DNA of 64,000 nucleotides from an uncultured Alphaproteobacteria bacterium (GCA_947054455.1 CAMRWN010000002.1:88578-152577); one strand, 5' to 3'. Positions 29,211 to 40,513 are shown, counted from the stretch's first letter. Numbers and translations are program-made. The notes: a model not told the origin generated them from the sequence alone.

Positions 29211-29666
29211 ATGCCGAACAAATTAAAATCTTATGATGACGCAACAAACAAACTGATGCTGCAGGCGATGTCGCTGGATGTGCCGGACGGGAAAAATTTT
29301 TCGTTGCCCGAAATGGTTTATCTGCTGCGCCAGTCATATAAGTACAAATTGACCTACAGGCGTGTCTTTAATGAACTGCCGCCTGAAAATGCGGACCCGT
29401 CGACGGGTTTCTGCATTGTCAGCAGCTATTATATTTATGAACGCACCGGCGGCGCGGCCACATGGCAGATTATGCAGACACCACTGCACTGGTGGTTGCA
29501 GCACAAGCAGACCGGAATGCATTTTGATATAACCTATACCCAGTTTTCACAACCCTTTCCGTATGACATGGGGGTACCGGAAACAAAAATAAAAAACGAT
29601 GCCGAGTTTGAGCGTATACTGCGTGAAAAGGCGTTGATTCTGGGGAAAAGCGCAGGAATGGAATAA
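29211..29666 (+). CDS. Hypothetical protein (C…HWWL…D, transglutaminase/papain-like triad candidate)
   Basis: GFCIVSS…HWWL…FDIT pattern; promoter TTGCAA…TACAAT. Confidence 0.7.
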   Translation: MPNKLKSYDDATNKLMLQAMSLDVPDGKNFSLPEMVYLLRQSYKYKLTYRRVFNELPPENADPSTGFCIVSSYYIYERTGGAATWQIMQTPLHWWLQHKQTGMHFDITYTQFSQPFPYDMGVPETKIKNDAEFERILREKALILGKSAGME

Positions 29667-29667
29667 A

Positions 29668-30909
29668 ATGATGGAAAAGCCCGAACCGATTGTTCAACCG
29701 GATTCTATATTCAGCGTGTCTGACGCGTCCGCATTGCTAAAGGGTGTGGTTGAATCTGCGTTTGCGCGTATAAAAATACGCGGCGAACTGTCGCAGATAA
29801 CGCGTGCTACGTCCGGCCACATGTACATGACGATAAAGGATGCGGGGGCGGCAATATCCGTCATAATCTGGCGTGGCACGCCCGTTTCATTCCGTCTGGA
29901 AGAAGGGATGGAGGTTATTATAACCGGCCGTTTTACCACATATCCGGCACGCAGCAATTACCAAGTTATTGTCAGCGAAATAGAAATGGCGGGCGTCGGC
30001 GCCATCCTTAAAATGCTAGAGGAACGCAAGCGCAAACTGGCGGCCGAGGGATTGTTTGACGCATCGCGGAAAAAGCCGCTGCCGCGTCTGCCACGGCGCA
30101 TCGGTGTGGTAAGCAGTCCGACCGGCGCCGCGTTCCAAGACATTCAGAACAGATTGCGCGAACGCTTTCCCGTCCATGTGATTTTGTATCCTGCAACGGT
30201 TCAGGGTGCCACCGCCGCGGCCGAGGTTGCCGCCGGTATCGAATATTTTAACCGAATGAAAAACGTTGATGTCATCATCGTTGCGCGTGGCGGCGGCGCG
30301 TTGGAAGATTTGCTGCCCTTTTCCGAAGAAATTGTTGTCCGTGCCGCCGCGGCCAGTAAGATTCCGCTGATATCCGGCGTCGGGCATGAACCGGACTGGA
30401 TGCTGATTGATTATGCGGCCGATTTTCGCGCGCCGACACCGACGGGCGCGGCGGAAACGGTTGTCCCGACCAAGCTGGCCTTGATTCAGGAATTGGATAA
30501 TCTGTGGTACAGACTGTCCGGCAATTTCACGACCAGATTGGCGCATGCAAAACAACGCGTTGATGCAATTGTATTGAAAAGTCCGCGTCAGGTTCTGATG
30601 GAACAGACGCAGCGGCTGGACGACATCGGACGCACAATGACAATAATTATCAATTCCAAACTGCAGGCCGCGCATCAAAAGATGGACGCGCTGTCCGGGT
30701 TTCCAAACATATTGCGCAACCGCATGTCTTCAATGAACCAGGCCGTTGCGCATATGGGCCAGATGCTGGGGTCGCTTAGCTATAAAAGTGTTTTGGCGCG
30801 CGGATACGCGATTGCCCGTGATGATTCCGGAAATATAATCAGTCGTGCATCAGATGCACCGCGCGTCGCGTCCGTTGAATTCGCCGACGGCGTCGTTAAT
30901 GTTCAATAG
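29668..30909 (+). CDS. xseA: Exodeoxyribonuclease VII large subunit
   Basis: SGHMY, RGGGALEDL, SGVGHE, APTPTGAAE, LARGYA. Confidence 0.96.
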   Translation: MMEKPEPIVQPDSIFSVSDASALLKGVVESAFARIKIRGELSQITRATSGHMYMTIKDAGAAISVIIWRGTPVSFRLEEGMEVIITGRFTTYPARSNYQVIVSEIEMAGVGAILKMLEERKRKLAAEGLFDASRKKPLPRLPRRIGVVSSPTGAAFQDIQNRLRERFPVHVILYPATVQGATAAAEVAAGIEYFNRMKNVDVIIVARGGGALEDLLPFSEEIVVRAAAASKIPLISGVGHEPDWMLIDYAADFRAPTPTGAAETVVPTKLALIQELDNLWYRLSGNFTTRLAHAKQRVDAIVLKSPRQVLMEQTQRLDDIGRTMTIIINSKLQAAHQKMDALSGFPNILRNRMSSMNQAVAHMGQMLGSLSYKSVLARGYAIARDDSGNIISRASDAPRVASVEFADGVVNVQ

Positions 30910-30922
30910 TATTTGACTTTGA

Positions 30923-32572
30923 TTAATGGATAAGTGTTTTTGCCGTCGCCAGCGATTCCGGCGTTATTTCCGCACCGCTGATTATTCTGGCGATTTCATT
31001 GACGCGCGCGTCGCCGGATATTTCCGATACCGTTGTTGTCGTTTTTTCGTTTTCCACGTGTTTGGCAATTTTGAAATGACGGCGCGCGTATCCGGCCACC
31101 TGGGCGGAATGTGTTATGACGATTGCCTGGGACGCGGCTGCCAGCGTGTCCAGACGCTGTCCGACCGCACTGGCGGTCGCGCCGCTGATTCCGGTATCAA
31201 CTTCGTCAAAGACAAATGTGGTGGCGGTGTCGTCCGCGGCCAGCACAACACGCATCGCCAGCATCAGTCGCGCCAGTTCGCCGCCAGACGCCGCCTTGTG
31301 CAGGGCCGCAAACGGCATTCCGGGATTTGTTTTTATCATGAACACTATGTCATCGATGCCGGCGGCGCATGCAGGCGCGTCGGTGCGCATGACGGCAAAA
31401 TCCGCCTGCCCCAGTTTTAAATCCGGCAGCTCGGCCAACAGTGCAGCGCGCAGCGCAACGCCCGCCGCGGCGCGCGCATCGGACAATTTTGTCGCGCATT
31501 CGTCGAATATCTTGCGTTTTTTTGCGGCGTCCGCCGTCAGCTTTTTAAGTTCGGCATCGGAATTGTCCAGCGTTTCCAGCTGTGCCGACATCCGCGCCAG
31601 CAAATCCGGCAATTCATCCGCTGAAACACGGTGCTTGCGTGCCGCGGCGCGCAATGCGAACAGACGCTCTTCCACGGTGTCCAGACTGTCGGTATCAATG
31701 TCGTCCGGCGCCAGCTGGTCGGATATTTCCGCCGCAGCCTGCGCGATTTCATACAGCCGGTCAATTTGCGCGGCGTACGGATTTGGATCTGTCTTGATGC
31801 GCTGCAGAATATGCGCAACGGAATATATCTGTGATTCCAGCGACTGGCCGCGCGGGGACATTGCCTCGGCCGCTTCGGCCAGAATGGCGGCGTTTTTTTC
31901 AGTATTCATCATCGCGGCGCGACGCGCGGCCAGTTCTTCTTCCTCGCCAGGGGTGGCGTTCAGCGCCCGCAGTTCCGACACATTGTGTTCCAAGAAATCG
32001 CGTTCGCTCTCGCTGCGGGCCAAAGTTTCGTGCAGTCGGGCCAAACGAACCTCACATTCGTGATAGCTGGCGTATGCATCCCTGGCCGAATTCAGTAATT
32101 CGCGATATCCTGCCTGATGCGTGGCGGCAAACGCGTCCAGTGTGTCGCGGTGCGTGGCGGAATTCAGCAATGCGTGGTTGGCAAACTGGCCGTGTATTTC
32201 AACCAGACTGTCGCCAATTTGCTTTAAAATTTTGGCCGATACAGGGGTGTCGTTAACCCACGCCCTGCTTTTACCGTCGGCACCCAGTGTGCGGCGTAAA
32301 ATCAGCCCATCATCACATTCTATTCCATTTTCGGTCAGCAGAATTTTTGCCGCCGCGGGTACGGTGTTAAATTCTGCAACCACATACGCCGTGTCGCATC
32401 CGCTTCGTACCAGTGCGGCGTCCGAACGCGCCCCCAGCGCCAGCGACAATGCGTCCAGCAAAATACTCTTGCCCGCACCGGTTTCGCCGGTCAGTATGTT
32501 CAGCCCGGCGCCGAATTCCAAATTCAGCTTTTCAATCAGTACAATATTAGAAATGCTTAAAGAAACCAACAT
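30923..32572 (-). CDS. recN: DNA repair protein RecN
   Basis: TGETGAGKS, ASGGELAR, FDEVDTG, ITHSAQVA. Confidence 0.96.
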   Translation of the reverse strand: MLVSLSISNIVLIEKLNLEFGAGLNILTGETGAGKSILLDALSLALGARSDAALVRSGCDTAYVVAEFNTVPAAAKILLTENGIECDDGLILRRTLGADGKSRAWVNDTPVSAKILKQIGDSLVEIHGQFANHALLNSATHRDTLDAFAATHQAGYRELLNSARDAYASYHECEVRLARLHETLARSESERDFLEHNVSELRALNATPGEEEELAARRAAMMNTEKNAAILAEAAEAMSPRGQSLESQIYSVAHILQRIKTDPNPYAAQIDRLYEIAQAAAEISDQLAPDDIDTDSLDTVEERLFALRAAARKHRVSADELPDLLARMSAQLETLDNSDAELKKLTADAAKKRKIFDECATKLSDARAAAGVALRAALLAELPDLKLGQADFAVMRTDAPACAAGIDDIVFMIKTNPGMPFAALHKAASGGELARLMLAMRVVLAADDTATTFVFDEVDTGISGATASAVGQRLDTLAAASQAIVITHSAQVAGYARRHFKIAKHVENEKTTTTVSEISGDARVNEIARIISGAEITPESLATAKTLIH

Positions 32573-32627
32573 TATGCGCTGATTATAATCGTTTTAGTTT
32601 CGTGATTTCAAGGCTTTTTAGACAGTG

Positions 32628-33074
32628 TCAGACAATTTTTTCCAACTGCCAGTCATGCGTCCATAAAATATACGCTGTTATTTCATATCCCGGATAAATC
32701 CGCTGCATCAGACGTTTATATTCTGTCAGTTGCAAAACGTATTTAGCGCGCATGGCATCGCGGCTGACATCGGATTTGTAATCCAGAATTCGAATTTTTT
32801 TACACTGATGCCCGACAATAATTCGGTCTATGCGGCGGCTCAGGAACCGGCCGTCCAATTCGCCGGCCACGGGAACCTCTGTCATGGCGTCGGGCGTGAA
32901 AAATTCGGCCAGCATCGGACAGGCCGCTATGCGCGCCGCCAGCTGTTCATCGCCACGGGCCGCGCCGCCGTCAATTACCACGGTGCGCAGACGCGCATGC
33001 ATTTTTGTTCCGCATTCCGTGGCAAAAGAACGACTTTGTTCTTCCTGCAATAATTCGCGCAAACTATTCGCCAT
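32628..33074 (-). CDS. PD-(D/E)XK nuclease, AddA-type C-terminal nuclease domain
   Basis: GTKMH, EVPV, RIDRI, ILDYKS, QLTEY. Confidence 0.85.
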   Translation of the reverse strand: MANSLRELLQEEQSRSFATECGTKMHARLRTVVIDGGAARGDEQLAARIAACPMLAEFFTPDAMTEVPVAGELDGRFLSRRIDRIIVGHQCKKIRILDYKSDVSRDAMRAKYVLQLTEYKRLMQRIYPGYEITAYILWTHDWQLEKIV

Positions 33075-35727
33075 GCACAATCCTTATTGTTTCACCGTCA
33101 AATGTCGCACCGGGGATGTTTTGTAAATGCTGCCATAATTGCGCATGCCACGAAATATCTGGCGCGCTTGCATACGTTGTGTATCCATATATGTACAGGT
33201 GGTCGCGCGCACGCGTCATCGCGACATACAACAGGCGATAGTATTCCGCAATGCGAACGTTCATCAGCGCGTCAGCCGCCGCTGCGCGCCGCACGCTGTC
33301 GTCGCTGCGGGGCGACCACAGCCATACATTTTGCGCCGTGTCCGTCCCGTCGGATTTTCCGCGGCGCATTTCCGGCGTAATTGGCAGCACCTGCTCCGTC
33401 CCGGGTGTCCGCGCGGTATCAATCAGAAAGACAACCGGTGCCTCTAATCCCTTGCTGCCGTGCACGGTTGCGATGCGCACGCCGGACGCGGCATCCATGT
33501 CGCGTTTTATTTCGCTGCCACCGGTTATGAACCATTTAAGGAAATGCCGAAGTATTCCCGGCTGGGTGCGTTCGTACGCCAAGCAAATTGTTAAAAATTC
33601 CTCTAGCGGGTCAATCGCCTGGGCGCCCAGCGCGGCGATAATCTGCGCGCGTGCGCCGCCGTCCAGAATTCGCGTGAAGAATGAATACGGCGCCAATACG
33701 TCCGCCCACTGTAAAAACTGTTCCAGTTCTGCATGAATATCTGGATGCGTTTGACGTAAAACATTGAAAACCGTTTCCGGCAATGCGTCCGGTGATGTGG
33801 CACGGCGCGATTTTGTTTCTTCGTTTCTTGTTTTGCAGATATTAAAAATATCCGCTTCATTCAATCTAAAAATCGGACTTTTTAACACACAACACAAACT
33901 ATAGTCGTCCGTTGTGTCCAGACAAAATCTGACCAGATTCATCAGGTCTCGTATTGCTGGAAAATTCGGCAGAACTATTCTGTCGCTGCCTGCGACGGGA
34001 ACACTGCGCTTCTTTAATTCCGACACCAGCGGGGCCGTCATGGGATGACGGTTTTGCACAAGAACCATGATGTCATGCGGCATGAAACGGCCTGAATCGA
34101 CCAGTGATTTTATCCGGTCGGCAATTGTTTTTATATATCCGCCGACATCTGTGCCGTCGGACGCGCGGGAAATCATTTTGTGAACTTCAACCATTCCGGC
34201 GTCGCCGCGACGGAAACATGCATGGCGGTTGTTTGCAAATCCGGTTGCCTGGGCGACGGTCGGATTGGAAAAGAAGCAGTCGACCGCATGCAGTATCGAA
34301 GACAGGGAACGAAAACTCTGCGCCAGCGGTATTTCACGTATCGTGCGCAGGTTGTTTTGTATTTGCGCGGCGATGTCCTGGCGGCTGGCGGCGAATGCGC
34401 GCGGGTCGGCGCCCTGGAATCCGTATATGGACTGCTTGGTGTCGCCGACAACAAAGATAGAATGCGGATTTTTCCCGGCATCGCCTTCGGCAAAAAAGTC
34501 GCCGGACAACATGCGCAGTATGTCCCATTGCAATGGCGATGTGTCCTGGGCCTCGTCCACCAGGATATGGGTCAGCGACAAATCCAACTGCGACAGCACC
34601 CATCCCATAGAATCCGGATTGGAAAACAGTTTTCGCGTGTATAGAATAAGGTCTTCGAAATCCAGCAGGCTGCGCTGACGTTTCATATCGCGGTATGTTT
34701 GTGCGAACGCCGCACCCAGGTCAAACAGTGCGACACTGTCGTCAAAAACGCGACGGCTGGCATGCTGCTGATTCAGGCGATAGACGCGCTCTTGCTCGTC
34801 CGCCAAATAATCCTTTTTAGAGACAACAGAAATCTTGCCACCGTCGGCTTTTAGGTATATTTCTTTGTATTTTTCAAAATCTATAGTTTTATCAATGTAT
34901 TGTTTTGTTATATTAACAATATCAAACAGGTATTTTGCCGGCTTTTTTGATGCATTTATATCAGATGTTGCCATATTAATGATATCTAACAGCTTTTCTG
35001 ACGAAAAATCATATGAAATCGGTGTATTCAATTCTAAAAAATATTCAATTGTATCAATGAAATATTTACGATACTTATCAATATCAGACGCTTGGAAAAA
35101 GTACTTGTAAAGTCCGCTTAATATATCCATTAAATCGGCCAGATAGTTTTCAGATACTCTGCCGACGATGTGTGCGAACGCATCTTTGACACGTTCAAAG
35201 TTTTGGATTGATTCGTCCCGTGCATTTATCAGTTTGTCGAACGCATCGTTCATCAATACACGCTGGTTTGCATCCGATACCAGCGTCCATGCAGGTGGCA
35301 ATCCGGCCTCTATTGGAAAGCGGCGCAAAATCTCTTCGCAGAATCCGTGGATTGTTTTGATTTTCAAAACGTCCGGGTTGTCTATGTATTGGAAAAATAT
35401 TTCACGGGCATGTGCGATGTCGTCCGCTGTTGCTGGATTGTTTATCGCCACCCCGTCCAGCAATTCACGCAATTGCGCGTCCGTGGCCATCGCCCATCCA
35501 CGCAACGCGGCCAGAATTCTGTTTCGCATTTCGCCCGCGCCCGCGTTTGTATACGTCAGGCACAATATGCCACCCGCCCCGATGTTGGGTGCACGAAACA
35601 ATATGCGCAGCAGGCGTCGCACCAAAACACTGGTTTTGCCTGTGCCTGCGTTTGCCTGGACCCATATGTTTTCCAACGGGTTGGCCGCCGTGTCCTGGGC
35701 GGGGGAAAGGATGCTTTTTTGTGCCAT
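33064..35727 (-). CDS. addA: UvrD/AddA-type helicase without the nuclease domain
   Basis: QANAGTGKT, VDEAQDT, VGDTKQSIYGFQG, TVHGSKGLE, YVAMTRA. Confidence 0.88.
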   Translation of the reverse strand: MAQKSILSPAQDTAANPLENIWVQANAGTGKTSVLVRRLLRILFRAPNIGAGGILCLTYTNAGAGEMRNRILAALRGWAMATDAQLRELLDGVAINNPATADDIAHAREIFFQYIDNPDVLKIKTIHGFCEEILRRFPIEAGLPPAWTLVSDANQRVLMNDAFDKLINARDESIQNFERVKDAFAHIVGRVSENYLADLMDILSGLYKYFFQASDIDKYRKYFIDTIEYFLELNTPISYDFSSEKLLDIINMATSDINASKKPAKYLFDIVNITKQYIDKTIDFEKYKEIYLKADGGKISVVSKKDYLADEQERVYRLNQQHASRRVFDDSVALFDLGAAFAQTYRDMKRQRSLLDFEDLILYTRKLFSNPDSMGWVLSQLDLSLTHILVDEAQDTSPLQWDILRMLSGDFFAEGDAGKNPHSIFVVGDTKQSIYGFQGADPRAFAASRQDIAAQIQNNLRTIREIPLAQSFRSLSSILHAVDCFFSNPTVAQATGFANNRHACFRRGDAGMVEVHKMISRASDGTDVGGYIKTIADRIKSLVDSGRFMPHDIMVLVQNRHPMTAPLVSELKKRSVPVAGSDRIVLPNFPAIRDLMNLVRFCLDTTDDYSLCCVLKSPIFRLNEADIFNICKTRNEETKSRRATSPDALPETVFNVLRQTHPDIHAELEQFLQWADVLAPYSFFTRILDGGARAQIIAALGAQAIDPLEEFLTICLAYERTQPGILRHFLKWFITGGSEIKRDMDAASGVRIATVHGSKGLEAPVVFLIDTARTPGTEQVLPITPEMRRGKSDGTDTAQNVWLWSPRSDDSVRRAAAADALMNVRIAEYYRLLYVAMTRARDHLYIYGYTTYASAPDISWHAQLWQHLQNIPGATFDGETIRIVHGE

Positions 35728-35824
35728 TTATGCCCTTGCTTTATGCCAGAGATTCTAGTATAAATTTCATAGAACATCAAGAACCTTATAAAAACCGGGG
35801 ATTCTCATTTCTTAGGGGGAGATT

Positions 35825-37768
35825 ATGGAAGCCAACCATACACTTTTTATTACAAATCATATACTGATGATTCTTGGCGGGGGGCTGGGATTTCTGCTGA
35901 TTTTGGCACTGGGGGTTTTGTTTTTCGTGTCCAGACGCTCGCAAAAGGTTATGCAGTCGCTGCTGACGCTGATGACACAGCCACAGCGTGCCAAGGTTCA
36001 GGACGCGGCACGCGTTTTGCAGACAATACTGGCGGATGAAATTGCAAAAATTGAATCTGGGTTCCAAAACATGCGCGACACGTTGAACGCGCAGATTGCA
36101 TCTGCCGTGGAATTAAAACAGGAATTGACCGTGCAGAATGACAAACTGGTGGATACCGCCCAGAATGCGACAAAAAAATTGGTTCAAATGTCCCAGCGTT
36201 TGGATAACACCCTGTCGGGGTTGCAGGGGGTTGTGGATTCCGATTCCTGGCGCGATGTTCAGCAGTCTACGGACAGGTTTGGCGCGACCGTCAACGATTT
36301 GTTGGAAAAAATTAATGCAACCGCCGGCGACGCTGAACAACAAACGGCCCGCATCCAGCAACAAATTGAAGGCTGGATTTCAGCGTCTGATGAAATGGCG
36401 CAAAAATTGCATAATGAATTCGATTCTAATGCCAAAAACATGCATGCGGCATCTGACGAGGCTGCCACCCTGCAGCAGCAGTTATCGGCCCTGGCCCAGT
36501 CGACGGCCGAAGGGTTTAACAATGTAAAGGGGGCATCCGCGGATTATGCGGTCGTTATGGAACAAAACAACAAGATGTTGGACGGACACTTGAACAGGCT
36601 GGATTCGTTCGGCAAGCAGTCGAAAAAACAGCTGACCAGCCAGATGAATACACTGACCAATACGGCAAATGTTGTCGCAGGACAGGTTCGGTTGACGGAA
36701 TCCTCTATTGAAAAGCAGATTCGAAAACTGACCGATGCGGTCGAGGCATTGATGTCGTCCGCCGGCACGACCGAGGCCGCCGTCCGTGGAATTTCGACAG
36801 AACTGGCGACATTGACCAATCGTTTTGACAGCGAAATCAAGGAATTTGCAACCGGCGTTGTTTCAGAATTGAAAACGGTTTCCGGTGTTGCAAACATCAC
36901 ACTGGAAAACACCAAGACGGCGGCCGGCGCGTTTTCGGAATCTGTCAAGGCAATGGCGACCGGCGTGCGTGAAACACTGATTGAAATGAATACTGCCCAT
37001 ACCCAGCTGTCGGGCCAGTCGGCCAATCTTATAAAGATGTCCGCGGAAACAACCGCCCAGCTGCAGCCGCTGTCGGAATTGATTGAAAAGTATTATGCAG
37101 CCCTGCCCGACTTGTCGCGCGGTTCCGTTGAGACGGGTGCGAATCTGGAAAAAACCGTGGCATCGCTGAACGAAAAAATTGCATTGATGAAATCAACTGT
37201 TTCCGAATCCACGGCCACAATCAGCGAGTCTGCCATAAAGCTGGAGGATTTGGCCGGCCAGTCGCGCCAGCAAATGATTGATTTGATGTCGGATTACGCC
37301 AAGGCTGTAAATACCATGCAGACACTGAACAAGCAAATGATGGTCGCGCGCGCAACCGCACCCATGGATGCAATCAGTGCCACGCCGGCGGCATACGGTC
37401 GCGTAAGCAGTGCCGACTTTTTACAGCAGAGCGAACGCATGTTTGAAAAAATGCATGAACAGTCGCTGGATTTGACGCGTGCCGCCGGTGCGGAAATACC
37501 GGATGTAGTGTGGAAGAAATACCATGGCGGCGATAAAACCATTTTCTCGAAATGGTTGGCCAAGATGATGTCGGCGGCCGACAAGAAACGCGTGCGGGAA
37601 ATGCTGAAATCGGACGCCGTGTTCCGTTCCCAGGCGACCCAATTCGTGCGCAGCTTTGACAAGATTCTGGCCGGTGCGCGTAATGCCGACAATGCGGACA
37701 AACTGGCCGCGACATTAATTAAAACCGATTTGGGCCAAATATATATAGCACTGAAAGGAGACATCTGA
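35825..37768 (+). CDS. Membrane-anchored coiled-coil polar landmark-like protein (TipN/RgsE-like C-terminus)
   Basis: N-terminal TM, long heptad region, C-terminal WKKYHGGDKTIFS…FRSQATQF…TDLGQIYIAL. Confidence 0.7.
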   Translation: MEANHTLFITNHILMILGGGLGFLLILALGVLFFVSRRSQKVMQSLLTLMTQPQRAKVQDAARVLQTILADEIAKIESGFQNMRDTLNAQIASAVELKQELTVQNDKLVDTAQNATKKLVQMSQRLDNTLSGLQGVVDSDSWRDVQQSTDRFGATVNDLLEKINATAGDAEQQTARIQQQIEGWISASDEMAQKLHNEFDSNAKNMHAASDEAATLQQQLSALAQSTAEGFNNVKGASADYAVVMEQNNKMLDGHLNRLDSFGKQSKKQLTSQMNTLTNTANVVAGQVRLTESSIEKQIRKLTDAVEALMSSAGTTEAAVRGISTELATLTNRFDSEIKEFATGVVSELKTVSGVANITLENTKTAAGAFSESVKAMATGVRETLIEMNTAHTQLSGQSANLIKMSAETTAQLQPLSELIEKYYAALPDLSRGSVETGANLEKTVASLNEKIALMKSTVSESTATISESAIKLEDLAGQSRQQMIDLMSDYAKAVNTMQTLNKQMMVARATAPMDAISATPAAYGRVSSADFLQQSERMFEKMHEQSLDLTRAAGAEIPDVVWKKYHGGDKTIFSKWLAKMMSAADKKRVREMLKSDAVFRSQATQFVRSFDKILAGARNADNADKLAATLIKTDLGQIYIALKGDI

Positions 37769-37787
37769 TACGAACAATGACAAACCC

Positions 37788-38351
37788 TTGAATATTGTAA
37801 ATGCACAAGACCTGACCGAATGGTTCAAAGGACTGACGTGGGGCGATACTGTCGTTGCGATAAGATATGCGGACACAAAAAACCGCGACTTTGTGGCGGC
37901 CAATTCTGACGCCGTGGCCAAGATGATGACCCATGCCTATATCAAGCGTCATATGACGTATTATCTGAACGATTTTGTTGGAACCGATGCGTTGCAGCCG
38001 GTAAAGGATACTGAAAATTTATCGGAATGTGTTCGCGCGGCGATTGCCGACGGATATCCCGCATACCAGTTTGATGCATCACGGCTGCCGCCGGAATTTC
38101 TGCGACTTGTCGGTAATCTGAATAAATTTCTGCATAATGCGGCGATAAAGCATATAGATTCCAAAACACGGTCGAACGAAGGGGAATTTGCCATTGACCT
38201 GCAGTTCCTGAACAAGGAGTTTGCAGATTATCGCAATGCGATGACCCAGGCAAAATGGCTGGCAAACGCACCGATGCGCGACGGCAAAAAAAATGATGAA
38301 TTCTCAATGAACGCCGTGCTGAATGCAAAATCAAAAGATTTGGGGCTTTAA
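37788..38351 (+). CDS. Hypothetical protein
   Basis: 187-aa ORF filling the intergenic gap; TTG start uncertain. Confidence 0.65.
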   Translation: MNIVNAQDLTEWFKGLTWGDTVVAIRYADTKNRDFVAANSDAVAKMMTHAYIKRHMTYYLNDFVGTDALQPVKDTENLSECVRAAIADGYPAYQFDASRLPPEFLRLVGNLNKFLHNAAIKHIDSKTRSNEGEFAIDLQFLNKEFADYRNAMTQAKWLANAPMRDGKKNDEFSMNAVLNAKSKDLGL

Positions 38352-38400
38352 TAAAAAAGCCGCAAAAACAAAAGCCCGTTGTTATCAACGGGCTTTGTTT

Positions 38401-40476
38401 TTAATCCTCCAAGAAGCTTTTTAATTTACGCGCGCGCGTCGGATGCTTCAGTTTATTCAGCGCCTTTTGCTCAATCTGGCGTATGCGTTCACGCGTCACG
38501 CCGATGTATTCGCCCACCTCTTCCAATGTGCTGGTTTTGTTGGTAGACATTCCGAAACGCTGGCGCAGAACGGTTTCCTCTTTGGGATCCAGTTCCGACA
38601 GAATCTGTGTGACGATTTTACGCAGATTTTTCTGGGCCGCGGATGTAAACGGATTTTTGGCCGTTTCGTCGGCGATAATCTCCAAACGCGAACTGTCGTC
38701 TTCGCTGCCGACAGGCGCTTCCAGTGAAATTGGCTTCAGATTCACCTTCATCGCCTTGTGAATCTTGTCGACCGGCAAATAAATCATCTTGGATAATTCT
38801 TCGGCGGTCGGCTGGCGGCCGTATTTGTGCATAAACTGGCGCGATGCACGCTGAATCTTGTGTATATTATCAATCATATGAACCGGTATGCGAATTGTGC
38901 GGGCCTGGTCTGCGATGCTGCGCGATATGCCCTGCTGAATCCAGTTGGTCGCATATGTTGAAAACTTGTTCCCCAAACGATAGTCGAATTTATCCACCGC
39001 CTTCATCAGACCGATGTTGCCGTCCTGAACCAAGTCCGAGAAATCCAACCCCAATCCGCGGTTGCTGGATTTTTTCGCAAATTTGATAACCAGACGCAGG
39101 TTGGCTTCTATCATTTCGCGCTTGGCGCGGGCCGCTTCGGTTTGACCGCGACGCACCAGTTCCACCACCTTTTTATATTCGGCGGTCGGCTGTCCTGTTT
39201 CGTTCGCGATGGCGGTTATATCCTCTTGAATTTTCAGGATGTCTTTTTCATGCTTTTTGGCAAAATTGACCCACGCAGGATTTTTGTGCTTCGCCATTTT
39301 CTTGACCCAGTTTCGGTTCAGTTCGTTGCCCGCGTATTCGGCCAGAAAATCTTCGCGCTTTATTTTGTTCGCCAACGCCAGACGCAGCAGTTTACCCTCC
39401 AGCCCCATCAGCAACTGGTCCCGCTTGGTCAGTTGTTCCAAAATTTCGGCGTTTCTGTCGTCGTTAAGGCGTATCTTGCTGACGTGTTCAAACAGTTCCA
39501 GACGCATCTTGGTATATTTCTTTTCCAGCGCGTCGTCTGGTTTGGCGGATGTCAGCAAATTCTCCAGTCGTTTTGCCTGCAGCTTTTGCATGCTGTTGAA
39601 TATGCGTTTGATTTTTGTAAACAGTTCCGTAATCATGGGCATCAGCGCTTCTTCCATGACCGGAATTGGCACGCCGGATGTGCCGCGTGCTGTATCTTCC
39701 TTTTTTACGCCGTCTTCTTCGTCGGCATCCTCTTCATCGTCTTCTTCGGCGGTGCTTTCCTCTAAATCATCCAAATCGTCGTCATCCAGTTCGTCAACGT
39801 GTTCCACACCCTTGGATTTCAATGCCTCGGACAAGGCGGCCAGTGATTTTTGCTCGGCCTCGCTGGAATACATTACTTCCAGATTCACGATATAACGCAG
39901 TCTGATGTCGTCATTAAGCAGCTGCTGATACCAATCCAGCATTGCCTGGATGGTCATGGGACTTTCACACAGGCCGTACACCATCAGGCGCGATGCCGCT
40001 TCTATACGCTGGGCAATGGCAACCTCGCCGGCGGCAGTCAACAACTGAACTGTTCCGATTTGCTTCAGATAAGATTGAACGGAATCTTGCACGCCCAGCA
40101 CCAGATTTCCGGTCTGACTGCGTTCCAGCTGTTTTGCAAAGTGTTCGTAATCATCGTCGTTGACATCGACCTGCTCTGCATCGGCATTGAGCAAATTGCG
40201 AGTCTTGTCCAACGGTTCTTCATCTGGGTCGTCATAATATTTATCCATGTTTTTGGAAAAATCACCGGTTTCCAAAAACTCCAGCCCCAAATCCTGCTGA
40301 AAGAAATCCAACACTTCGTCTTTTTCGGCGTCAGGCACCTCGTCCGCTTCGGTCGCAGTATCAAAATCCAACTGAGACAGATAGCCGACCTCTATCGCAC
40401 TGGATGCCAGTCTTTGCAGGTTTTCCGGCAATGAATCCATCAGCAACTTGGTTGCTTCATCAAGTTTTTTAGCCAT
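38401..40476 (-). CDS. rpoD: RNA polymerase primary sigma factor
   Basis: Regions 1.2, NCR, 2 (NLRLV…GLMKAVDKF), 3 and 4 (TLEEVG…TRERIRQIE). Confidence 0.96.
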   Translation of the reverse strand: MAKKLDEATKLLMDSLPENLQRLASSAIEVGYLSQLDFDTATEADEVPDAEKDEVLDFFQQDLGLEFLETGDFSKNMDKYYDDPDEEPLDKTRNLLNADAEQVDVNDDDYEHFAKQLERSQTGNLVLGVQDSVQSYLKQIGTVQLLTAAGEVAIAQRIEAASRLMVYGLCESPMTIQAMLDWYQQLLNDDIRLRYIVNLEVMYSSEAEQKSLAALSEALKSKGVEHVDELDDDDLDDLEESTAEEDDEEDADEEDGVKKEDTARGTSGVPIPVMEEALMPMITELFTKIKRIFNSMQKLQAKRLENLLTSAKPDDALEKKYTKMRLELFEHVSKIRLNDDRNAEILEQLTKRDQLLMGLEGKLLRLALANKIKREDFLAEYAGNELNRNWVKKMAKHKNPAWVNFAKKHEKDILKIQEDITAIANETGQPTAEYKKVVELVRRGQTEAARAKREMIEANLRLVIKFAKKSSNRGLGLDFSDLVQDGNIGLMKAVDKFDYRLGNKFSTYATNWIQQGISRSIADQARTIRIPVHMIDNIHKIQRASRQFMHKYGRQPTAEELSKMIYLPVDKIHKAMKVNLKPISLEAPVGSEDDSSRLEIIADETAKNPFTSAAQKNLRKIVTQILSELDPKEETVLRQRFGMSTNKTSTLEEVGEYIGVTRERIRQIEQKALNKLKHPTRARKLKSFLED

Positions 40477-40513
40477 GAGACGCCCTTTGCGCTGTTATAC
40501 GAATGTATGTTTA

